Assembly: GCA_963798405.1 (NCBI GenBank)
Contig: CAWCTU010000006.1
Span: 17,667 to 81,666, forward strand
DNA: 64,000 bases
Source: an uncultured Actinomycetota bacterium
GTDB lineage: Bacteria > Actinomycetota > Actinomycetes > Mycobacteriales > Mycobacteriaceae
Direction of reading: 5' to 3'
Part shown: positions 57,059 through 64,000 of the stretch, piece after piece
Layout of the letters: each line of letters starts with the position of its first letter
Position numbering within the stretch: the stretch's first letter is position 1
Position numbers and translations under genes: made by a program
The notes under the pieces: model-generated
Seen by the model: only the letters and a program-made list of their open reading frames with translations
Told to the model about the DNA's origin: nothing
Database searches by the model: none

Positions 57059-57681
57059 CGATCAAGATCGATCGCCTGGTCACCAGCGGCACGTTCGAAC
57101 TCGACGGCGGCAGCTGGGACGTCGACAACAACATCTGGCTCGTCGGCGACGAGTCCGACGTCATCGTGTTCGACGCCGCACACGTGGAGCAACCGATCAT
57201 CGACGCCGTCGCAGGCCGCAACGTCGTCGCCGTCGTCTGCACGCACGGTCACAACGACCACATCACCGTGGCGCCCGAACTCGGCAAGACCCTCGACGCG
57301 CCGGTGCTGCTTCATCCCGCCGACGACGTGTTGTGGCGAATGACCCATCCGGACAAGGACTTCCGATCGTTCGAGGACGGTGCGACGCTTACCGTCGGCG
57401 GGGTCGAGCTGCGCGCGCTGCACACCCCGGGGCACTCGCCCGGCTCGGTGTGCTGGTACGTACCCGACCTCAACGCCGTGGTCAGCGGCGACACGCTGTT
57501 CGAAGGCGGACCCGGGGCCACGGGGCGGTCGTACTCCGACTTCCCGACGATTCTCGACTCCATCTCGAAGCGGCTGGGCATGCTGCCCGGCGAGACGGTC
57601 GTCTACACCGGCCACGGCGACACGACCACGATCGGCGACGAGATCGTCAACTACGACGAATGGGTCGCGCGAGGGCACTAA
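57055..57681 (+). CDS. MBL-fold hydrolase (Rv2260-like)
   Basis: THGHNDH, HTPGH and SGDTLF motifs; coupled to mscR. Confidence 0.92.
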   Translation: MTIKIDRLVTSGTFELDGGSWDVDNNIWLVGDESDVIVFDAAHVEQPIIDAVAGRNVVAVVCTHGHNDHITVAPELGKTLDAPVLLHPADDVLWRMTHPDKDFRSFEDGATLTVGGVELRALHTPGHSPGSVCWYVPDLNAVVSGDTLFEGGPGATGRSYSDFPTILDSISKRLGMLPGETVVYTGHGDTTTIGDEIVNYDEWVARGH

Positions 57682-58637
57682 TGCCCGTCGAGCACCCGCT
57701 TCGTCTCGGCCTGGTACTCCTCTTCGGTGAGAGCCCCTGAGTCCCGAAGCTCCGCGAGCGTCTTGAGGGTCTGTTGGCGCACACCGCCGTCGGATGACGG
57801 CACGCCCTCCAGGGTTGGCACGTAGGGCAGGGTCGGCGCGGCCTGCTGCGGCGTTACTGCCGGTCTACCCGGCGATGCCTGCTGCGTCGGCACGTTGGGC
57901 AGGGTCGGCGCGGTCTGCTGGGGCGTCACGACGTGCTCGGGCGAAACCGCTGGATGCGGCGAAACTGCTTGCTGCGTCGGTACTTTCGGCAAGGTCGGCG
58001 GCTCTCGCGGATAATCACCCACGGGCATTGCCGGTGCGGGCGCGAAGCCCGCCTCGACCGGCGGCAGCTGAGCGACGACGGAGGTGCGCCTCACCCGCGC
58101 TGCCCACACTCTGGCGATGATGAAGACCACGACGGCAAGACCGAAGGCCACCCCGAAGGCCAGCGGAAGTACTCGGTAAGCCGTCTCACGGCCGAACGCA
58201 AGCCGTGGTTGGTTGAAGGCGCTGACGTCGCCATCGACCTTGATGTCGTACCTGGTGCCTTCCTGGGGCACGTCGAGGTGGCCGATGCGGACGTGGTCGT
58301 CCTTGCCGACGGTCGTCGAATCGCCGCGGTCCTCACTCATCGCGTCGTCTCCCCCACCGGGCACGGGAACGCGGAAGTGCAGACCGGGAATCGTGATCCC
58401 GCCTCCTACGCCGTCGACGTGGACGGTGTGCAGATAGACGGTCACCTCGCCCGCGGGCAGTGGCGGACTGCTGGTCGCGCCCGCGGTCATCGGCACCTCG
58501 CCGAAGGCGTCGAAGTCGTCGTACTTGTCGAAGACGTACGCGTTGAGGAGCAGGCTCGCGATGAACCCGATACCCGCGACGATCATCGTCACGATGCCGA
58601 TCGTGGTCAGGATGCGCGGAGCGGTCTGACGACTCAT
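57678..58637 (-). CDS. Two-TM membrane protein with Pro/Gln repeats and a C-terminal SHOCT domain
   Basis: LKTLAELRDSGALTEEEYQAETKRVL SHOCT motif. Confidence 0.85.
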   Translation of the reverse strand: MSRQTAPRILTTIGIVTMIVAGIGFIASLLLNAYVFDKYDDFDAFGEVPMTAGATSSPPLPAGEVTVYLHTVHVDGVGGGITIPGLHFRVPVPGGGDDAMSEDRGDSTTVGKDDHVRIGHLDVPQEGTRYDIKVDGDVSAFNQPRLAFGRETAYRVLPLAFGVAFGLAVVVFIIARVWAARVRRTSVVAQLPPVEAGFAPAPAMPVGDYPREPPTLPKVPTQQAVSPHPAVSPEHVVTPQQTAPTLPNVPTQQASPGRPAVTPQQAAPTLPYVPTLEGVPSSDGGVRQQTLKTLAELRDSGALTEEEYQAETKRVLDGH

Positions 58638-58702
58638 GAACGGCAGTGTGGCACGCAGCGGGCGCCGACGTGACTGATCGGCAACGGTTTACGTGCCGGC
58701 GT

Positions 58703-59287
58703 TCACTTCAGTTCCATGTAGGGCGGCGGCGGTTGGTCGAACACGGGCGCGCGCCTGACCCGCGCCGCCCATAGCCTCGCGATGACGAGGACGACGACGG
58801 CGCCACCGAAGGTCACCCCGAAGATCAGCGGAAGGTTTCCGTACGTACTGCCGTGTCCGAACGCCAGGCTCGGGCTGAGGTAGGCGCTGACGTTTCCGTC
58901 GACGTTGACGTCGTAGGTGCCTTCTTCTGCGACGTGCAGGTATCCGATTCGCACGCGGGCGTCGTTGTTGACCGTCGTCGTGGCGCCGTAGTCCTCGCGC
59001 AGCACGGGAACGTCGACGCCCTCGGGCGCGCTGATGCGGTACTTCAGCGGCGGGACCGGCAGGCCATTGCCCGCCTGGCCGATGAGGATGGTGTGGAACG
59101 ATACGGTCGCGTCGCCTGAAGGCAGGTGCAGACTGGTGGCACCGGGGATCGGCACTTCGCCGTAGGCGTCGTATTCATCGAAGACGAACGCATTGAGTAT
59201 CAGGCTCGTGACGAACCCGATGCCCGCGACGACCATCGTCACGATGCCGATCGCGGTCAGGATGCGCGGGCCGGTTTGACGACTCAT
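58703..59287 (-). CDS. Paralogue of the adjacent membrane protein, without SHOCT
   Basis: Near-identical N-terminus (MSRQTGPRILTAIGIVTM) and the same two-TM layout. Confidence 0.82.
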   Translation of the reverse strand: MSRQTGPRILTAIGIVTMVVAGIGFVTSLILNAFVFDEYDAYGEVPIPGATSLHLPSGDATVSFHTILIGQAGNGLPVPPLKYRISAPEGVDVPVLREDYGATTTVNNDARVRIGYLHVAEEGTYDVNVDGNVSAYLSPSLAFGHGSTYGNLPLIFGVTFGGAVVVLVIARLWAARVRRAPVFDQPPPPYMELK

Positions 59288-59344
59288 GAACGGCAGTGTG
59301 GCATGCTGCGGGCCTCGACGGCGGTGACCGGCTAGCGTTTCCAT

Positions 59345-60437
59345 ATGCCCGAGTCGAGCATCGTCGTGCAACCTGAGCCGTCGGACGGCGCCACCAGGTC
59401 GGCAAGCAGGCGGCTGCAGGCCGCCGGGTTGCGCAAGGCGATCTCGCTCTTCGAGCAGGCCGCCGAAATCGTGCCGATCCCGCGCTCGCCCCGTCCGATC
59501 GTCATCGCCGACTACGGCGCGGGGACGGGACACAATGCACTACTTCCGATCGGCGCAGGCATCGCGGTGCTGCGCAAGCGAACCCGTCCGGAGCATTCGG
59601 TTCTGGTGACCCACACCGACGTCCCCGAGAACGACTTCACCACGCTGTTCCGCACGTTGAGCGAAGATCCCGACACGTATCTGGTCAAGGACGGCGCAAC
59701 GTTCGCCTCCGCGGTCGGCCGCTCGTATCTGCGCCAGATCCTGCCGTCGAACAGCGTCAACCTCGGCTGGTCGTCGTGGGCGATTCAGTGGCTGAGCCGG
59801 GTCCCGATGCCGGTGAGCGACCACGTGCACGTGGCATGTAGCCGCGACGAGCAGGTGCGGGCCGCGTACGCCAGGCAGGCGGCGCACGACTGGCACGAGT
59901 TCATCGCCTTTCGTGGCCGTGAGCTGTGCCCCGGCGGTCAGACTGGTCGTGATGACGATGGCGCTCGACGAAGCGGGCGAGCCTGGCTTCACGCCCCTAC
60001 TCGGCGCCATGGTGGACACGCTCAACGAGCTCGTCGCCAGGGATGTGATCACCGACGACGAGCTTCGTGACATCTCGATTCCGATAGTCGGTCGACGACC
60101 ACGCGACTTCCTCTCGCCGTTCGCGCCGTCGGGCACCTTCGAGAAGTTGTCGATCGCTCACCTCGACGTGTTCGACGCCGAGGATCGCTTCTTCAGCCAG
60201 TTCCACATCGACCACGACGCCAAGGCATTCGGCGCGCGCTGGGCGGCCTTCACGCGGATGGCGGTGTTCCCCTCGATCGCCGCGGGCCTTGCCGGTGGGG
60301 CGACGGATCCTCGCCGAACCACGCTCTTCGACGAACTCGAGGCGGGCATCGCGGTCCGGCTCGCGGCCGCGCCCGAGCAGACGCAGATCCCGATGGCGCA
60401 GCTCGTGGTCGAGAAGCGGCAACACGCCCACCACTGA
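59345..60437 (+). CDS. SAM-dependent carboxyl methyltransferase, SABATH-like; frameshift near 59938
   Basis: IADYGAGTGHN, DVPENDFTTLF, GRSYLRQILP..SSWAIQWLSRVP and DW..F..FRGREL motifs. Confidence 0.82.
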
Positions 60438-60456
60438 CCGTCGGCGGCCGGGCCGG

Positions 60457-62209
60457 TTACGGGATCGGGGGTGCCACGGGGATCGCGGGCACGTCGGGAA
60501 CAGGAGGGGGCGCAGGAGCTTGTGGGTTCGGAGGCGCGGGAGCTTGCGCGTTCGGAGGTGGAGGGACTTCCGATGACGGCGGCGGAATCTCGGACGACGG
60601 CGGTGGCGGAGCCTGCGAGGATTCGCTGGCCGACGGCGACGCCGGTGGCGCGGGCGGCACCACCTCGGTGGACGTCGGTGGGGTGTACTGCACCCGCGGG
60701 GGCTGCTCGACGACGGTGTCCAGAGGCGACGGCGGCGGCGGCGGAACGATCTCGGTGGACTCGGCGGGCGGTGCGGGCGACGCAGACGGCTGTTCCCGTG
60801 GCGGTTGAGTTGTCGTCGTCGTCCGACTGGTCGAGATCGTCGAGATCGGCGCAGGAGAATCGTCGCGAACCAGTACGACCACCGCTGCGGCCACGGTGAC
60901 GGCCAACACGAGGCTGACGCCGGCCGCGAGGAGCGCGAACGGATGGCGATACCAGGGCGTGGGCGGTTCGTCGTCCACGTCGTCGTCGTCGAACTCCAGG
61001 CGCGGCCCCGGGTCGGCGATCTCGTCGTCGGCAACCCGGACGGGACCCGAGGCATGCTTGGCGCCGGACCACGCCAACTCGCGAGGACCACTCGGTCGGG
61101 GCGCTGTCCGGAGCCGGCGGGAGGCTGCGCACCCTGGGAACCTGAGACGTGAGTCGCCGTCTTCGACGCTTGCGTGCCGGCCTCTGAGACCCGCTCCGAT
61201 CGCACCGTTCAACTCGGGATGTCCAGTCGTGACTACCGGCACTCGCAGATGCTCCGAAAGCGTGTTCGTGATGATCGGCATGCGGGCTCCGCCACCCACC
61301 GAGGCGACCGCCACTAGATCGTTCTGATGAATTCTGTTGCGCCGCAGGATGTCGTAGAGAATGTCGACGAATCCTGCGAGCGGTTCCTCGAGCCCGCCTT
61401 CGAGCTCGTTCGCGCGTCAGGCGGACCTCGGTGCGGGGACGTCCCGGCAGGTCGACGGGCAGCGAGGTGGCTGACGACGTGGACAGTCGCTCCTTGGCCG
61501 CGCGGCACTGGCTGCGAAGTCGGGTCAACGAGCCGATCGCCGAAGTGTCCGAGAGGTCGACGGTCCCTGCCGCCGCGAGGTCGGCGATGACGTGGGTGAG
61601 CAGCGCCTGATCGACGGCGTCCCCCGACAGGTCGGCATCCCGCACGGGCGCCGCGATCGGCTCGAAGTCACGGGCAGCGTCGGCGAGGGTGATGCTGGTG
61701 CCGGTCGCGCCGAAGTCGCAGACGACGATGATGCCGCTGGTGGGTACGCCTGGGTCATCCTGCAGCGCCGTCAACGCCGCCACGGCGTCGGGCACGAACG
61801 TCACGGGACGCGCTCCGCTGAACTCGGGCAAACCCGCAAGCGCCCGTCTGAGCGCGTCGACGGAGGACGGACGCCAGTGCACCGGATACGTCACCCCGAT
61901 CGGGTCGACCGGCGCCTGTCCGCGAGTGACGGCGTACAGCAACGAACAGAGCGCGTCGGCGAGCAGGTCGGCGGCCAGGTACGACGAGCCGTCCGACGCG
62001 ACGATCTCGACCGGATCGCCGACTCGGTCGACGAAGTCGGTGATGATCAGCCCACGTTCGTCCAGTTCGGGATTCTCGCTGGGTAGCCCGACCTCGGGTG
62101 GCCGGTGCGGGAACCGCGTGAGCACCGCGGAGCGCGTCACCGCCGCCCTGCCGACCGCCACTCCCGCCAGCCTGGCGGACCCCACGGAGAGTCCTATTGC
62201 GTGTGCCAC
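60457..62209 (-). CDS. Hsp70-like membrane protein with Pro-rich tail (Rv2264c-like); frameshifted
   Basis: VTYPVHW, VCDFGATG, CRAAKERLS and VGGGARMP motifs; PWYRHP followed by a TM; Pro/Thr-rich C-terminus. Confidence 0.82.
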
Positions 62210-62210
62210 G

Positions 62211-63283
62211 TCATCGAATTGTGCCGTGTCCGGCAATCAACGGCAGATCCAGCGGGGTCACCCAACCCGGCGGTAGGTCGTTGACGGCGGGCACGGCGTT
62301 CAGCGCCCGCAGCCCCGTCGCCAGGCAACCTGCCGCAGCGGCATCGCGCCCGGAACCGTCGGTGAACCGGAAGCCGGTTTCCTGGAAGATGCTCGGCGTG
62401 CCGTCGATGTCGACTCGGTAGACGTCGTTCTCGACGCCCTTGGGCCAGTCCGGGGCGGAGTCGGTGCCACGCGGTTCACGTGCTCGAGCTGGATGCGGGT
62501 CTCACCGTTGTAGACGCCGTTGATGGTGAACCGCACTGCGGCGACGTTGCCCGGCGCGATGATGCCCTTGGCCGTCTTGATCTCGTGGTCGGTGACCCAC
62601 TTGTCCCACGTGGTGGTGATCTCGTCGAGTTCGATTCCCGCCGCGTGGGCGATCATGGGAACCGTTGCGCCCCAGGCGAAGATGAGGATGTCGGGGTTCT
62701 CCAGCATCGGGCGGTGCTCGGGCGGCTTGCCGATGCCCATCTCGAACTCGTAGTCGCCCTCGTAGTTGGTGTAGTCCAGAAGTTCCGACGCCCGCACCGT
62801 GCGAACCTCGGCGGTCAGACCCATCAGCGTCATCGGGAAGAGGTCGTTGGCGAAACCGGGGTCGATGCCGGTGGTGAAGCACGACGACTGACCCACTTCG
62901 CAGGCCTCGGTGATCGGCTCGATCCAGTTCGGCGGGTTCAAGTGCATGGCCGGCCACACCCACGGGGTCATCGAGGTCGAGCACACGTCGATGCCCGCTC
63001 GCAGGAAGCGGGTGATGAGCCGGATGTTCTCGTCGGCCTGGGCCGCCGTGGGGCCGTAGTGCACCAGCGCGTCCGGCTTGAGCGCCAGCAGTTCGTCGAC
63101 GTCGTCGGTGGCGATGAGCCCCAAGGACTCACCGAGCCCGCAGATCTCGCCGACGTCGCGGCCTACCTTCTCGGGATTGCTAACCCCGACACCCACCAGC
63201 TCGAAGAGTGGGTGCTTGACGATCTCGGGGATCATCATCTTGCCCACGAACCCGGTGCCCCAGAGCACGACCCGCTTGGTCAT
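62211..63283 (-). CDS. Dihydrodipicolinate-reductase-like / NAD(P)H-dependent amine dehydrogenase family; frameshift near 62465
   Basis: VVLWGTGFVG and TGIDPGFAND motifs; C-terminus NAVPAV..PGWVTPLDLP in the shifted frame. Confidence 0.85.
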
Positions 63284-64000
63284 CTGCCGCCTTTCGCATC
63301 GCCTTCTCCGTGCCCCCGGATATCTTCACCATAGGCGGGGTCAAGATCGGCGGTGATGGACCTGCCCAGTTTGCGGATCTCTTCGCGCAATTCCTCGATG
63401 TGCGCCGCGGTGGCGATCTGGCTCGCGGTGTCCTCTGCGGACACCTTCTCGACGATCCACGACGCCAGCGTCGCGGTGACGACACCGAGCAGGCTCACCC
63501 CCGCGAGCATCAACGCCACCGCAACCACTCGACCCTCCCCGCTGACCGGAGTGACGTCGCCGTACCCGACGGTCGTCACCGTGGTGATCGCCCACCACAG
63601 CGCATCACCCAGGTCGTGAATCTTGGTGCCGGGCTGGTAGCGCTCGATCTGGAGGATTGCCAGAGACGCGGTGTAGACGATGGTGACGGCGCCACCCACG
63701 GTGTAGACGATCACCTTTCCACGGAAGGTGTCTCCGACCGCGCGGCCGAGCACCTCGATCACGACGGCGAGGCTGAGCAGACGCAGGGGACGCAGGAATG
63801 GCAGCACGATGATCGCGAGGTCGAACAGATGCCGGACGAACCACCTTCGTCGCGGATCGGCCAAGTACAACCGGATTGCGTAGTCGACGACGAACACCAG
63901 GTAGGTCGCGAACATCGTCCATCGCACGACTCCCGCGTAGACCCCGTGCGGCTGGACGAGCACCTGGACGGTGTAGAGCCCGAGGAACATCAAGGCGACT
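63280..64000 (-). CDS. Potassium channel family protein (5' end outside the window)
   Basis: LWWAITTVTTVGYGD selectivity filter; LRPLRLL S4-like segment. Confidence 0.92.
   Translation of the reverse strand, partial: VALMFLGLYTVQVLVQPHGVYAGVVRWTMFATYLVFVVDYAIRLYLADPRRRWFVRHLFDLAIIVLPFLRPLRLLSLAVVIEVLGRAVGDTFRGKVIVYTVGGAVTIVYTASLAILQIERYQPGTKIHDLGDALWWAITTVTTVGYGDVTPVSGEGRVVAVALMLAGVSLLGVVTATLASWIVEKVSAEDTASQIATAAHIEELREEIRKLGRSITADLDPAYGEDIRGHGEGDAKGGR

Overview
This is a GC-rich Mycobacterium/Mycolicibacterium-type chromosomal segment. By family recognition it is syntenic with the M. tuberculosis Rv2226-Rv2264c region: CYTH-CHAD, rnpB, rnhC, Nif3, cobC, ptkA, ptpA, SURF1, cobD, tRNA-Val(TAC), ahpE, aceE, mabR-fabD-acpM-kasA-kasB-accD6 (FAS-II), glpD-TetR-oxidoreductase-dagK, mscR and an Hsp70-like gene. 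Accessory blocks are interspersed: an AmtR-type guanidine/urea catabolic operon (1-3977); an AraC/VOC/HNH/redox block (6.1-11.8 kb); a ~14 kb block 3' of tRNA-Val (19.6-33.5 kb) with furA-katG, a six-gene MoxR/DUF58/VWA operon and a lactonase; a thioesterase/hydrolase pair; and a SABATH-type methyltransferase. Many genes, including essential ones (aceE, fabD, kasA), carry single-base frameshifts, so most broken ORFs are probably sequencing or consensus errors rather than pseudogenes. The most notable signals are: a tRNA-Val with a second T-arm (13 extra nt); a carboxyltransferase-only urea/guanidine carboxylase; a Bat-like MoxR-VWA operon directly behind furA-katG; a shared promoter architecture embedded in the 3' ends of two AraC genes; and a plant-like carboxyl methyltransferase. 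No database searches were run, so all calls rest on motif and family recognition.
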